The notes beneath the pieces are model-generated. The model saw only the letters and a program-made list of their open reading frames with translations, did no database searches and was not told the DNA's origin. Position numbers and translations under genes: made by a program. 64,000 nt of DNA from an uncultured delta proteobacterium (lineage in GTDB: Bacteria > Myxococcota_A > Polyangia > Fen-1088): NCBI GenBank assembly GCA_963737265.1, contig CAVTRY010000023.1, positions 256,001-320,000 of the forward strand, in the 5' to 3' direction. This document shows positions 10,206 through 21,382 of this stretch, piece after piece (positions within the stretch are counted from its first letter, which is position 1; every line of letters begins with the position of its first letter).

Positions 10206-11540
10206 TTAGCGCCGTCCGAGCGCGCCCCACAGCGTGGCGCGGGCACTGGCCAGCGAAAAACGCGCGCCCACTTCCTGGGCCGCGGCTTGAGTCTGCGTCA
10301 CTTGTGCGTCTGACAGTTCGATGACGCCGCCCATGCCGACGGCGTAGCGCGATTCGGCCAACTGAAGCTGCTTCTTCGCGTTTTCGAGTGCCAGCGAAGC
10401 CGCGGTCAGGGTGGCGCGCGCGGCGCGCACTCCCAGAGACGCCTGCTCCACGTCGACGCGAACTTGCAGGCGAAAGGTATCCTCTTGCGCCTGAATCCCA
10501 CGCAGGTTGGCCTTGGCCTCGGCGACTTGGCCGGGGACCAAGCCGCCGGTGTAGATTGGCCAGGTTAGTAGACCACCTACCCACCAGTTGGGGGCCAGGC
10601 TGTCGAGGTATTCGCCGGTCCCGGTGAGGTTGGCCTGCGCCTGCAGATTGGGGCCGTAGCCGCCTCGCGCCGCCGAGATCAGTTTTTCCTGGGCCAGGCG
10701 TTGTTTGGCAAAGCTCGCGAGCTCGGGCCGGTCGCGCAGCGCGATTTCGAGCAGGCGATCGACAGGCGCGTCCTCATCCAGGATCGGCGGCATGTCGTCC
10801 GTTCCGGGCTCGTACGCCGCGGCGGAAGGCAGGCCGATGGTCTGGCTGAACGTGGCGCACGCCAAATCGTAGGCGTTTTGTGCACTGATGAGCTGCACGC
10901 GCGCATTGGCGAGATTGGTCTCGGCCGTGACCCGATCGATCTCCGGTCGCATGCCGGCGCCCACTTCCTCGTTGACTTGCTTGAGGTGCATCTCTTGATT
11001 GGTCACCGCATCCGCTGCCACCGCGACCAGATCCCGCTGCGCGCGCGCCTGAAAATAGGCCTTGCGCACATTGGTGATGATCTGCACCTGGACCGCGTGC
11101 TCGCTGTGCGTGGCCGCGGACTCGGTCGCTTCGGCCGAGCTCCAGCGATTCGACGTCTGACCGAAATCGTAGATGAGCTGCGATGCCGTGCCGCCCAAGG
11201 TGAAGTAGTTGTAGCTCTGCGTCCAAGACTGCGTGCCAAGCGCAGGGACGTTGGGCCGGTGCGTAGGATTGGCGGTCAGCCGTTGATATTCTCCCGTGCC
11301 CACAACCTGCGGCAAATAGGGCGCCCGACTCTCCTCCACCCGGGCCGACGCCACGTCCACGTTGGCGCGGGCCTGCGCCTCCGCCGGATGCGAGCGCAGG
11401 GCCAGGTCGATGGCAGCGTCGAGCGTTATGGTCTGCCTCGTCGTCGATGGCGCGGCGAACGCATCGCTGCGGAAAGCGCAGACCACAAGAAAGCCGCATG
11501 CGAAAAGCGCACGCATGGAAATACAAGCTGACCTCATCAT
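10206..11540 (-). CDS. TolC-family outer membrane efflux protein
   Basis: Signal peptide, ITLDAAIDLAL, YLPQV, QLIYDFG, ALRDRPEL, AESRYAVG repeats typical of OEP; first gene of mdt operon. Confidence 0.85.
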   Translation of the reverse strand: MMRSACISMRALFACGFLVVCAFRSDAFAAPSTTRQTITLDAAIDLALRSHPAEAQARANVDVASARVEESRAPYLPQVVGTGEYQRLTANPTHRPNVPALGTQSWTQSYNYFTLGGTASQLIYDFGQTSNRWSSAEATESAATHSEHAVQVQIITNVRKAYFQARAQRDLVAVAADAVTNQEMHLKQVNEEVGAGMRPEIDRVTAETNLANARVQLISAQNAYDLACATFSQTIGLPSAAAYEPGTDDMPPILDEDAPVDRLLEIALRDRPELASFAKQRLAQEKLISAARGGYGPNLQAQANLTGTGEYLDSLAPNWWVGGLLTWPIYTGGLVPGQVAEAKANLRGIQAQEDTFRLQVRVDVEQASLGVRAARATLTAASLALENAKKQLQLAESRYAVGMGGVIELSDAQVTQTQAAAQEVGARFSLASARATLWGALGRR

Positions 11541-11723
11541 GGCGGCGAAACATACAACGGCGCAGGCCAGGATGGGCGAGCGGTTAGGCGGCGTTCGGCG
11601 ATCAAGTGATGGTAGTAGAAGCGTAGCCACGCGCGCCTGTCTTGCACGAACGGTGCCCGTTCGACGTCCATTCGAAAGGACGGTTGCACCGCCGTGGCGA
11701 AAGGTGCTAGCCACACCACTTCC

Positions 11724-13073
11724 ATGGACGCCGTCAAGCACATGGGCGAGCAGTCGATCGGCCGGTTGCTCGTCCGCTACTCGCTGCCGGCCATCGCCGG
11801 ATTTCTCGCCAACGCGCTCTACCAGTTCGTCGATCGCATCTTGGTGGGGCGCGGCGTGGGCACCGACGGCATGGCGGCGGTCACGTCGGCGTTTCCGCTG
11901 TCCATCGTGGCCATGGCGCTGGGGCTCCTGGTCGGCACGGGCACCGGCAATCGCATCTCGGTTCTTCTCGGCCAACGCGATGCCGAGGGAGCGGAGCGCG
12001 TGCTTGGCCAGAGCTTGCGCCTGGCCCTCATCAACGGCGCAGCGCTGGCGCTCCTCATCTGGGTATTCACGCAGCCGATCTTGCTGGCCTGCGGATGTCC
12101 GCCCCGCCTGTTGCCCATGGCGGTTCCGTTCGCGCGCATTCTGTCGATCGGACAGATCTTTCTCATCGCGCTCATTTCCATGGGCAACATTCTGCGCGTG
12201 CAGGGGCGGCCGATGCTGGGGCTGCTCGTCATGTTGTCGAGCAACGTCGTCAATGTGGGGCTGGCGGCGATTGCGGTTTTCGGCCTGCACTGGGGCGTGA
12301 CGGGGACGGCGTTGGCCACGGCGATTTCGCAGGCCGCTGGCTGCCTGACCGTGATCGCAATCGTGCAAAGTCGGTCCAGCGTGCTGCACATCCGGCGCGC
12401 CTTTCTCAAGGCAGACCGCGCGCTCGCGAAATCCATCCTCACGCTGGGCGCGCCGTTCGGACTGATGCAGTTGCTGGCGACCATGGTGTTTCTGGCCGCG
12501 AACCACGGAGCTGGCGGCCAGGCGGGAACGCGTGGGGTGGCAGCCCTCGGCGTCCTCAATACCGTAGCCATGTTGCTGATCTATCCACCGCTCGGCGTGA
12601 TGCAGGCGATGCAGCCGCTGGTCGGGTTCAACAAGGGCGCGGGACAAATGAAACGCGTGCGCGCCATCCTGGTGCGTGTGCTGCTGGCCACCACGACCAT
12701 GGGGATCCTCTTTTCGGTGTTGGTGGCGCTGTTCTCGGGCGCCATCGCCGGGCTATTCAGCAGAACCGATACCGAGCTCATCGAAATGGTCCGTCGTGGC
12801 CTGCCGTGGTTCGTGATTCCAATTTCGCTATTCGGCGTCACGGGAACCATGGCGCACTACTTTCTCAGCGTGCACGTGCCACGCAAGGCCGCGCTGCTGC
12901 TGCTCGGCCGCCAGCTGCTGGCCATGCCGCTGTTTATTCTGTTGCCGCGCTGGCTGGGTTTCTACGGACTCTATCTCGTGGGGCCTTGCTCGGATCTTCC
13001 GTTTGCCATCGTCGCCGCCGCGATCATGGTGCGCGAGCTAACCAGCCTTAGCACGGCGCCCAAGCCAGCGTAA
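11724..13073 (+). CDS. MATE family efflux transporter
   Basis: LLVRYSLPAIAGFLANALYQFVDRILVG; ~12 hydrophobic segments; QPLVGFNKGA. Confidence 0.9.
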   Translation: MDAVKHMGEQSIGRLLVRYSLPAIAGFLANALYQFVDRILVGRGVGTDGMAAVTSAFPLSIVAMALGLLVGTGTGNRISVLLGQRDAEGAERVLGQSLRLALINGAALALLIWVFTQPILLACGCPPRLLPMAVPFARILSIGQIFLIALISMGNILRVQGRPMLGLLVMLSSNVVNVGLAAIAVFGLHWGVTGTALATAISQAAGCLTVIAIVQSRSSVLHIRRAFLKADRALAKSILTLGAPFGLMQLLATMVFLAANHGAGGQAGTRGVAALGVLNTVAMLLIYPPLGVMQAMQPLVGFNKGAGQMKRVRAILVRVLLATTTMGILFSVLVALFSGAIAGLFSRTDTELIEMVRRGLPWFVIPISLFGVTGTMAHYFLSVHVPRKAALLLLGRQLLAMPLFILLPRWLGFYGLYLVGPCSDLPFAIVAAAIMVRELTSLSTAPKPA

Positions 13074-13092
13074 TCGCAGCGGCGCATGGTCT

Positions 13093-14628
13093 TCAACCGA
13101 CGGCCCGCCGACGATCAACGGCCATTTCCATCTCCGCCTCGGCTTGCAAGCTAGCACGGTCGCGGTTGACCGTGGCCACCGCCAGTCGCTTGTCGCCCTT
13201 CCAGTATTCCACTCGGCAGTCGCGGGCCTTGGCATCGCCGTCGATAGCGACGCGATCCCAACTTTCGGCGTGGCCAACGTAGGCGACAGTCATATCGAAG
13301 TGAGCGCTCCAAAAGAAGGGCACGGCGGTGAAAGGCTCGCGCGCGCCAAGCATGTTGCGCGCCGCCGTTTGACCTTGGCGCTGGGCCACCACCCAGTGCT
13401 CGACGCGGATGAGGGCGCCGCTGTGCGGGTCCGGCCATCTTGCAATGTCGCCAGCGGCGAAGATACCCGCCGAAGACGTTTCCAGGTACGCGTCGACCTT
13501 GACCCCCCGGTCGATTTCCAGTCCGGCCTTTTCCGCCAGAGCCGTCTCGGGCGTCACGCCGGCTCCAATCACCACCACGTCCGCCGCAAGCCGATCCCCG
13601 CTCGACAGCACGACGTGCGTGCCGTCGATGGCGACCGGCCTCTGCCCCAAGTGAAAAACGACGCCATGGGATTCGTGGACGGTCTGGATCATGGCCCCGA
13701 TATCGGCACCAAGGATCCGTTCCAGCGGATGCGCGTCGGGCGCCACGACGTGAACATCGAGCCCGCGGGCGCGCAGCGAGGCGGCCGCTTCCAGTCCGAT
13801 GAATCCCGCCCCAACCACCAAGGCCCGTTGTGCCGTTTTCGCCCTCTCGATCAGGGCTCGGCTATCGCTCAAGCTGCGCAGGGTCAGCACGTGACCGAGG
13901 TCGGCGCCGGGGATGGGCAGGCGGCGAGCCCGTGCGCCCGTCGCCAACAAGAGCGCGCCAAAGGGCAGCGATTCTCCGCCGGCCAGCCCGACGGTGCGCG
14001 CCTTCGCGTCGATGCTGGTCACGGGTGTGGCGGTGCGCAGGTCGATATTCCGTTCGCGATAGAATTCGCGCGGGCGCAGCGGAATCCATTCCTCAGGCGC
14101 GGCCCCCGCGAGGTAGTCCTTGGAGAGATTGGGCCGGTCGTAGGGAATATCGGCATCCGCGCCAACCACCGTGACAGTACCGGCGTAACCCTCGCGACGA
14201 AGGGTTTCTGCGGCAGCGCTGCCGGCCGCGCCAGTTCCGACGATGACGATCGACGATGGCGCCGCAACCGGCGTGCGCGCTGGCACCGGGCGACGTTTGC
14301 CGACGATGAACACTTGATTCGCCCTGCGCTCGACCACAAAACAATCCACCGGGTTCAGCGCCGGGGCGGCCAGTAGCTCGCCGCTCCGGAGCGAAAAGCA
14401 GGCGTGGTGCCACGGACAACGCACCGTATCCCCCACCACCAACCCATCCTCCAGGGGCGCGCCGTAGTGCGAGCAGCGAGCGCCGATGGCGAGAACTTCT
14501 TCCCCGTGGCGCACAACGAGCACGGGCTCGCCCTGAAAGTGACCTTCGACGGAAATTCCATCCCCAAGCTGGTCGAGAGAAAATCCTACCGCAAGGTCCG
14601 GCCCCTTCGCTGGCGACGCTTCAAGCAT
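13093..14628 (-). CDS. Rieske 2Fe-2S / FAD-dependent pyridine nucleotide oxidoreductase (AIF-like)
   Basis: CSHYGAPL...CPWHHACF Rieske motif, GTGAAG and GAGFIGLE Rossmann motifs, PYDRPNLSK, AAGD, VPFFWS; GAGGAGG RBS. Confidence 0.9.
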   Translation of the reverse strand: MLEASPAKGPDLAVGFSLDQLGDGISVEGHFQGEPVLVVRHGEEVLAIGARCSHYGAPLEDGLVVGDTVRCPWHHACFSLRSGELLAAPALNPVDCFVVERRANQVFIVGKRRPVPARTPVAAPSSIVIVGTGAAGSAAAETLRREGYAGTVTVVGADADIPYDRPNLSKDYLAGAAPEEWIPLRPREFYRERNIDLRTATPVTSIDAKARTVGLAGGESLPFGALLLATGARARRLPIPGADLGHVLTLRSLSDSRALIERAKTAQRALVVGAGFIGLEAAASLRARGLDVHVVAPDAHPLERILGADIGAMIQTVHESHGVVFHLGQRPVAIDGTHVVLSSGDRLAADVVVIGAGVTPETALAEKAGLEIDRGVKVDAYLETSSAGIFAAGDIARWPDPHSGALIRVEHWVVAQRQGQTAARNMLGAREPFTAVPFFWSAHFDMTVAYVGHAESWDRVAIDGDAKARDCRVEYWKGDKRLAVATVNRDRASLQAEAEMEMAVDRRRAVG

Positions 14629-14696
14629 GGCTGCCTCCTCGGTTGGATTAGATGACTCAAGGCCATCAAAAGCCACAGCCGCGGGGCGACAATTGT

Positions 14697-14740
14697 GGCT
14701 CACACAAGCGTCACACAAACACCACACAATGGTAACGGCG
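14697..14740 (+). promoter_or_regulatory. Four 11-bp-periodic Pho-box-like repeats
   Basis: GGCTCACACAA GCGTCACACAA ACACCACACAA TGGTAACGGCG; resembles PhoB/OmpR-family direct repeats; upstream of small ORF-CHAD-sixA. Confidence 0.65.
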
Positions 14741-14799
14741 CGGGCGAGCAAGCTGATCTAGCGTGGTGGGCGAACAAATTAGCGCAAAGGAGGCCAAGC

Positions 14800-15051
14800 A
14801 TGGCCAGCTTCACGTCACGCTATGGGGAGTGGCAGCAGGACTTCGAATTGGTCACCCCATTGGAAACCGAATTGGAAACCAACGTTCGCCAAGGCACGCA
14901 AAACACGCAAGTCCAGCCCATCATCTCGAGCGAAAACCAGGACATCGAATGGGAAGACCCAGGGGACCAAGACCACGCCGACGAAGATCTTCCCGATCTC
15001 CCGGTCGAGCGCTACAACAGCGTTTGGGAGGCGATGCTGTTCCAGCTGTAG
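14800..15051 (+). CDS. Small highly acidic hypothetical protein (83 aa)
   Basis: AGGAGG RBS before ATG 14800; D/E-rich sequence ending ERYNSVWEAMLFQL; followed by short hairpin and T-run (15062-15088). Confidence 0.65.
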   Translation: MASFTSRYGEWQQDFELVTPLETELETNVRQGTQNTQVQPIISSENQDIEWEDPGDQDHADEDLPDLPVERYNSVWEAMLFQL

Positions 15052-15158
15052 CAGGCTGCCCGCCGAGGCCGCCGAATCGGCACTTTTTCGGGCCGCGCCC
15101 TTTCGGGTGGCCTGGTTCGCGCTATATTCCGGGCCTCGTGTCGAAGGCACTTCTACCC

Positions 15159-16127
15159 ATGCAAGCTCCCGTCGAAGCCGCAGAACCTCCCGCGGCGCCG
15201 GAAGCTGCGACCCACGTTCCCGTCGTAGTCGGCCCGACGTTACCGGCGAACGGCGGTCGTCGCCTGGCCGGAACGCTGCTCAAGCGACGAGTGAATACGC
15301 TCTTTCGCCATTTTCCGGCGGCCCTCACCGGCGACGAGGAAGGCATTCACCAGCTGCGCGTGTCCGGTCGCCGCCTGCGCGTCGCCCTGCCTCTGCTGGC
15401 GGAGCATGCCGACGGCCGGCGCGCCGCCCGCGCGCGGCGCCTGCTCCAGATGCTGACGCGAACCGCGGGCAGCAGCCGCGATTTGGACGTGCTGCTGGAA
15501 TCGTATGACGTACGGCTGAAGGACTTGCCGGCGCGGACAGCCGAGCAAAAGCTCCTGCGCCACCGTCTGGCGAGCGCCCGGCGCCGCGGTCGCGCGCGCA
15601 TGGTCGGCAGTCTGCTCGATCTGGAAATCTCGCGCTTGCGCCGCGATCTCGCCGCCTTGATCGCACGCGGCGGCCCCCAACCCGCGGTGGTCTGCGAGCG
15701 CTTCGCGGCCCTGTGCGAACGCGAAGGTCAGGCTCTGCAGGGCGGCTTCGCGGCCCTTGGAGCACGCCTCGACGCCAAGGCGCTGCACGGTCTGCGCCGG
15801 CGGGCCCGACGCCTGCGGTACGCGGTGGAGGTCTTCGACCAGATCCGCAATTTCGAGTCCGCCGCGGCCAAGCCCTGGAAAACGCTGCAAGATCTCATCG
15901 GCGTGCTTCACGATCATCACGTGCTGGCGGAATGGTTCGACCAGCAGGCGCAAGCGGACGAGAAACGCGGGAACGCCCTGCTGGCGGCGACGGCGACCGC
16001 CGAGGCGGCATGGGCGCGCGCCACCATGCACCGGTTGCACCAGGACTTTCTCGCCGCGCAGCCCACGACCCTGGTGGAGCAGGGGCTTTCCGCCGTGGGC
16101 TTCACGCCCGCCGCGCCGTCCAACTGA
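15159..16127 (+). CDS. CHAD domain polyphosphate-binding protein
   Basis: DEEGIHQLRVSGRRLR, SRDLDVL, LHGLRRRARRLRYAVE, LQDLIGVLHDHHV; start 15138 or 15159. Confidence 0.9.
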   Translation: MQAPVEAAEPPAAPEAATHVPVVVGPTLPANGGRRLAGTLLKRRVNTLFRHFPAALTGDEEGIHQLRVSGRRLRVALPLLAEHADGRRAARARRLLQMLTRTAGSSRDLDVLLESYDVRLKDLPARTAEQKLLRHRLASARRRGRARMVGSLLDLEISRLRRDLAALIARGGPQPAVVCERFAALCEREGQALQGGFAALGARLDAKALHGLRRRARRLRYAVEVFDQIRNFESAAAKPWKTLQDLIGVLHDHHVLAEWFDQQAQADEKRGNALLAATATAEAAWARATMHRLHQDFLAAQPTTLVEQGLSAVGFTPAAPSN

Positions 16128-16135
16128 GAATCGCC

Positions 16136-16624
16136 ATGCGCCTGCTATTTATTCGCCACGCCATCGCCATCGCCGCCGACACGAGCGGCGTGCGCGACGA
16201 GGATCGGCCGCTCACTGCCGAAGGCGAGCAGCTTTTTCGCCATACCGCCCGCATGCTCGCGCGCGCGACGGACAAGCCGCGGGCGATCCTGACGAGCCCG
16301 CTCGTGCGCGCGCGCCAGACCGCCGACCTCGCCGCGCAAGCCTTCCGCGATGTGCGCGCGACCGTCGTGCCCGCGCTGGCCGAGGGCGATTGGCCCGGGA
16401 TCCGCAAAGCGCTGGCAGCTTACAAAAGCGACGACACCGTCGCACTCGTGGGCCACGAAAGCTGGATGTCGACTCTTACGGCGCGCCTTTTGGGTAGCGA
16501 CGAACACCGCGCGTTCGACTACCGCAAGGGCGGCGTCGCGCTCATCGAGATCGACGATGTGGAGGCCTGCAAGGGAACCCTGCTGTGGTTCATCCCGCCG
16601 CGGGTATTCCGCCGCTTGGGCTAG
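16136..16624 (+). CDS. sixA: Phosphohistidine phosphatase SixA-like
   Basis: MRLLFIRHA, DRPLTAEG, LTSPLVRARQTA, LVGHE, KGG motifs. Confidence 0.9.
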   Translation: MRLLFIRHAIAIAADTSGVRDEDRPLTAEGEQLFRHTARMLARATDKPRAILTSPLVRARQTADLAAQAFRDVRATVVPALAEGDWPGIRKALAAYKSDDTVALVGHESWMSTLTARLLGSDEHRAFDYRKGGVALIEIDDVEACKGTLLWFIPPRVFRRLG

Positions 16625-16645
16625 GAAACCAGGATCGGCGCTGGG
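16617..16645 (+). repeat. Left 29-bp direct repeat (attL/target duplication) of island
   Basis: TGGGCTAGGAAACCAGGATCGGCGCTGGG identical to 31694-31722. Confidence 0.9.
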
Positions 16646-16902
16646 CTGCCGAAATACCCAGGGCAGGTCATTGGCGTATTCCGCGCGGATTGTCATTCGG
16701 GTGTCGGCGGGCGCCGCGAACCTGGCTAATCACGCCCAGCCCGATGTACCGATTCGGCCGCGCTCGTGCGGCTCCAGCGGCGCGTAAAGCGCGTCAGGAC
16801 GAGGGTTCATCGCTCTCTCACCGTCGCGACGCCGTTTGTGTTCCAGGCGTAACTGGTCGACAATACGTGCTGCCTCCACCGGACATGGGCCCTGGGTGAT
16901 CT

Positions 16903-18174
16903 GTGAACAAGAAAGACCTCACCGAAGCGGACATCCGAACCAAGTTCATCACCCCGGCGATCGTCGCCGGCGGGTGGGATCTCATGACCCAGCTTAGCGA
17001 GGAGGCCTACTTCACCAAGGGGCGGGTCATGGTCCGCGGCAAGTCCGTAGCCCGGGGCGAGGCCAGGAAAGCCGACTACATCCTCTTCTACAAGCCCAAC
17101 CTGCCCATCGCGGTCGTCGAGGCCAAGGACAACAACCACACCGTGGCCTCGGGCATGGGCCAGGCCCTGGAATACGCCGAGATCCTGGACGTCCCCTTCG
17201 CCTTCAGCTCGAACGGTGACGGCTTCCAGGAACACGACCGCACCAAGACCAGCGGCACGGTCGAGCGCGAGCTGCCCATGGATCGCTTTCCTTCCCCCGC
17301 CGACCTGTGGGCGCGCTACTGCGCCGCCAAGGGCCTGACCTCCAAGCAGGAAGCCGTCACCACCCAGGACTACTACGATGACGGCTCGGGCAAGACGCCC
17401 CGCTACTACCAGAGCATCGCCATCAACCGGACCGTGGAGGCCGTGGCCCGCGGCGAGAAGCGCGTGTTGCTGGTCATGGCCACGGGGACCGGCAAGACCT
17501 ACACCGCCTTTCAGATCATTTGGCGCCTGTGGAAGTCCGGCGCCAAGAAGCGGATCCTGTTCCTGGTCGACCGCAACATCCTGGCCGACCAGACCAAGAC
17601 CAACGACTTCAAGCCCTTCGGCAAGGCGATGACCAAGGTCACCAACCGCACCGCCGACAAGGCCTACGAGATTTACCTGTCGCTCTACCAGGCGGTCAGC
17701 GGCACCGAGGAAGAGCAGAACATCTACAAGCAGTTCTCGCCCGACTTCTTCGACCTGGTCTTCATCGACGAGTGCCACCGCGGCAGCGCCGCCGACGATG
17801 CGGCCTGGCGCAAGATCCTGGAATACTTCTCGTCGGCCACGCAGATTGGCATGACCGCCACGCCCAAGGAAACCAAGGAGGTTTCCAACATCGACTACTT
17901 CGGCGAGCCCATCTACACCTACTCGCTCAAGCAGGGCATCTCGGACGGGTTCCTGGCCCCCTACAAGGTCGTGCGCATCGGCCTCGACAAAGATCTCGAC
18001 GGCTGGCGGCCCGAGAAGGGCCAGACCGACCGCTACGGCAATGAGATCGCCGACCGCGAATACGCCCAGACCGACTTCGACAAGACCCTGATCCTCGACC
18101 GCCGCACCCGCTGCGTGGCCGGCCGAATTACCGACTTCCTGCACGCCACCAACCGCTTCGCCAAGACCATCGTG
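16903..18174 (+). pseudogene. hsdR: Type I restriction subunit HsdR (EcoEI/type IB-like), 3'-truncated
   Basis: ADYIL...VVEAK nuclease motif, [20 protein letters not shown]; homology stops at RFAKTIV, then read-through to 18504. Confidence 0.88.
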
Positions 18175-18202
18175 AACCACGTCACCCCAAAGGTAGTTGA
18201 AC

Positions 18203-21200
18203 ATGAGCGTCCCAGACTTCCAGTCGATCCTCCTCCCCTTGTTGAAATTCACGGCCTCCCGGGAAGAAATCACAACTGTCGAGGCCTATTCGGCCATGGC
18301 CGATCATTTCAAGCTCTCTCCAGACGACCTGGGACAGTCTCCCCCGTCGGGGACGGGCAACCTCTTTCGCAACCGCGTGGGCTGGGCCAAGCAATACCTC
18401 ATGTACGCCGCACTGGTGGAGCGGGTTCGGCGAGGCGTGTCCCGCGCCACGCCGATTGGAAAAGCGTGGGCCGCCGAGAAATCCACGCCACTCAAGATTG
18501 GTGATTTCAAAGAGATCCCTGGATATTCCGAACGCGTTGATGGTTCAGGCGGTGAAGGCGACACGGAAGGGGCGCCTCCCAACCTCCCCACCGAGCGTAC
18601 CGATCCTGAATACACAAGAACAGTCATTGAGCAGCTTTACCCGGATACTGACACACGAATGGAGTGCTGTCGTTGGTTGGCCGAGGGCATCGCCTACGTG
18701 AACGCCAGAGAGCCAGCATCCTGGGGACTGACGCTACGGAAACGGAATCTTCGGCTCAATGTGGGCCGGATGCTTTCCCTCGACCTTCTTCCTGACGGGG
18801 TTCGGATTGGGTTGGCCGTGGACGCCGTGGAGCTTGCGAACCAGGGCCGTCTCGAATCGCACTGGGAAGGCACCGGTTTCGCCGTAACACCGAAATGTCA
18901 GCTCTGCCTTCTCGAAGCAACCGTCTTTTTGGAACTGAGGGCTGGCTTGCGGGAGCCATGGTTCGAGTTCCTTCGAATCGCGATGCGGACTGGGCGCCAA
19001 ACACCATTTCGCAGGTCCCATTCGCCTGGGGTAGTCGCCTTTCTCGAAAGCCATTTGGCTGTGAAGATCCCCCAGCCCGCATATCGAAAGGACGATGAGC
19101 GTGACGAGCAAGACCGCGATGGTGAGATGGACGCAGGTCCACTGCCAGCGATCCGGATGACTCGACCTTCCGCGCTGTTTAAGCCTACGAACCCTGATTT
19201 GGACTGGCTCCTTCCCGCCATCGAAAGCGGCGACATTGGGCTGCCGGAAATGCAGCGCGCTTTTGTCTGGAGCGCCACCAAGGTCCGGGATCTGCTTGAT
19301 TCCATGTACAGGGGCTTCCCGGTCGGCTATCTACTGTTTTGGGAGACACCGCCAACGGATATCGGGGGAAAGACGATTGGCTTGGATGCGAAAGTGCATG
19401 AGCCCCGACTCTTCATCGTAGATGGTCAGCAGCGGTTGACGTCTCTGTTTGCGGTACTGAAGGGAAAGCCGGTTCGGGATAAGGATTTTCGCGAGGTTCC
19501 CATCGTGATTGCCTTTCGACCACGGGACTCGCGGTTCGAGGTTGCGAGTGCCGCGACCCGCAAGGATCCTGAATTCATACCCAACATTTCCATTCTCTGG
19601 ACCCCAGAGAAGCGCCGGGTAATCAGGGAATTCGTCGATGGATTGCAACGCCGAGGCGCCACGCGCGCCGACCTCGATTCGATTGAGGACAACTTGGAAC
19701 GACTGGTCAACCTGACAAAATACAAGTTCTCGGCTCTGGAAATCATGTCCAGTGCTGACGAGGAGGAGGTGGCGGACATCTTTGTCCGCATCAACAGTCA
19801 AGGCACCCCACTGACACAGGCCGATTTCATTTTGACACTTCTGTCGGTAGTGGCAGAGGAGCTGCGACAGGACCTTGAGGCCTTCGCAAAGGCTTGCACG
19901 CGGCCAGCGGGACGACAGGACGGCCCTTCGCCCTACAACCATTTTATCGACCCATCTGCGGCCCAGCTGCTTCGTGTGGCAATCGCAATTGGATTCCATC
20001 GCGGGAAACTGAAAGGTGCATATCAGGTCCTTCGTGGGAAGGATCCGGAAACAAGCAAGAGGTCCGAGGTCTTGCGGCGGGCCCAGCTTGCCACCCTCCG
20101 CGAGGCACAAGCCGCCGTTCTTAATCTAAGCCACTGGCACGGCTTTCTCAGTTGTTTGGTGGTTGCTGGCTTCAGAAGTCGGTCCATGATTTCATCCGAG
20201 AATGCGCTCCTTTTCTCCTACGTCTTCTACCTGGCAGGAAAGATCCAGTGTGACGTTGATGAGAAGTCCTTGAAGCGACTCATAGGTCGTTGGTTTTTTG
20301 CTACGTCACTTACCGGACGGTACACGGGCTCGTCTGAAACGGTTCTCGAATCTGACCTGTCTCGAATTCGCGATATGACTACCCCAGAACCGTTCATTGC
20401 TCTGCTCGAAGGTTTGATCGCGTCTATGCTGCCAGAAGGCTACTTTGAGACAACGCTGCAGGATGCGCTCGAAACCTCTCGTACCGATGGGCCCGCGGTG
20501 CTGGCCTACGTCGCCGCACAGGCACTATTGGCCGCGCCTGTGCTCTTCTCGGACCATCAGTCAATTGCAGAACTCATCGATCCTGCGACGGCGTCCCCAC
20601 GCAAGCCGCTTGAGCAACACCATCTGTTCCCTCGTCACTATTTGAACAGAATCGGCGTCAAAGACGCGAAACACACAGATCAGGCTGCCAATTTTGCCCT
20701 TGTCGAATGGGAGGACAACGCGGACATGTTGGACGCCGCACCATCCGAATACCTGCCCAGAGTCCGTAAGAAGTTTGGCGACGCTGCCTGGGATCGAATG
20801 TGCAAAATGCATGCCTTACCCGAGGGGTGGGACGGGATGTCCTATGAAGAATTTCTCCCCGCGAGACGTGATCTGATGTCCGACATTATCCGGGAGGGCT
20901 TCGACAAACTCTCAAGCCATGGCGCGAGCGGATGCGCCCGCTATTTGGCAGAGGGAACCCAGCACGAACAGCAAGTGTGGGGATTGATCGAAAGGGTGGA
21001 GCTTCGCCTGAGAACGTTGGTATCGGAAGGGTACGTCGGTCGATGGGGGGAGGCCGCGGAGAAGCGTATGCACGCGGTTCTTGGCGACCAAGCGTGGGAG
21101 GTTATCGAGCGGAACCGGGCGAAGGACTCGAAGAAGAACAAGGTCAGGAGTGTCGTCGACTACATGTACCTCGGTCAACTCGGCACCCTGGCGACAGCGA

Positions 21201-21382
21201 ACGATACATGGGAGGTGTTCAAGCCAGTTGCAGTAGAAAAGGTGCGCCTAATTGAGCCCCTCGAGAGAATCACGCCAGTGCGAAATGACCGGGCTCACTT
21301 TCGGTCGGTACCGGAGCACGATCTTACGTACGCCCGCCTCGCATGCGAGGAACTCATCTCGATGCTGAAATCTAGCGAATAG
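18203..21382 (+). CDS. Fusion: Mrr N-terminal wHTH + unknown domain + GmrSD (DUF262/DUF1524) + C-terminal Swt1-like HEPN
   Basis: [14 protein letters not shown]...[12 protein letters not shown] (Mrr_N); [29 protein letters not shown] (DUF262); EQHHLFP...AANFAL...DN (HNH-like DUF1524); IERVELRLR...YLGQL...RNDRAH (HEPN RxxxxH). Confidence 0.8.
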   Translation: MSVPDFQSILLPLLKFTASREEITTVEAYSAMADHFKLSPDDLGQSPPSGTGNLFRNRVGWAKQYLMYAALVERVRRGVSRATPIGKAWAAEKSTPLKIGDFKEIPGYSERVDGSGGEGDTEGAPPNLPTERTDPEYTRTVIEQLYPDTDTRMECCRWLAEGIAYVNAREPASWGLTLRKRNLRLNVGRMLSLDLLPDGVRIGLAVDAVELANQGRLESHWEGTGFAVTPKCQLCLLEATVFLELRAGLREPWFEFLRIAMRTGRQTPFRRSHSPGVVAFLESHLAVKIPQPAYRKDDERDEQDRDGEMDAGPLPAIRMTRPSALFKPTNPDLDWLLPAIESGDIGLPEMQRAFVWSATKVRDLLDSMYRGFPVGYLLFWETPPTDIGGKTIGLDAKVHEPRLFIVDGQQRLTSLFAVLKGKPVRDKDFREVPIVIAFRPRDSRFEVASAATRKDPEFIPNISILWTPEKRRVIREFVDGLQRRGATRADLDSIEDNLERLVNLTKYKFSALEIMSSADEEEVADIFVRINSQGTPLTQADFILTLLSVVAEELRQDLEAFAKACTRPAGRQDGPSPYNHFIDPSAAQLLRVAIAIGFHRGKLKGAYQVLRGKDPETSKRSEVLRRAQLATLREAQAAVLNLSHWHGFLSCLVVAGFRSRSMISSENALLFSYVFYLAGKIQCDVDEKSLKRLIGRWFFATSLTGRYTGSSETVLESDLSRIRDMTTPEPFIALLEGLIASMLPEGYFETTLQDALETSRTDGPAVLAYVAAQALLAAPVLFSDHQSIAELIDPATASPRKPLEQHHLFPRHYLNRIGVKDAKHTDQAANFALVEWEDNADMLDAAPSEYLPRVRKKFGDAAWDRMCKMHALPEGWDGMSYEEFLPARRDLMSDIIREGFDKLSSHGASGCARYLAEGTQHEQQVWGLIERVELRLRTLVSEGYVGRWGEAAEKRMHAVLGDQAWEVIERNRAKDSKKNKVRSVVDYMYLGQLGTLATANDTWEVFKPVAVEKVRLIEPLERITPVRNDRAHFRSVPEHDLTYARLACEELISMLKSSE

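Noticed and set aside
10206-12647. 813-aa ORF as an extended TolC
   Set aside because: Upstream part is antisense to the MATE gene; the signal peptide begins near 11540
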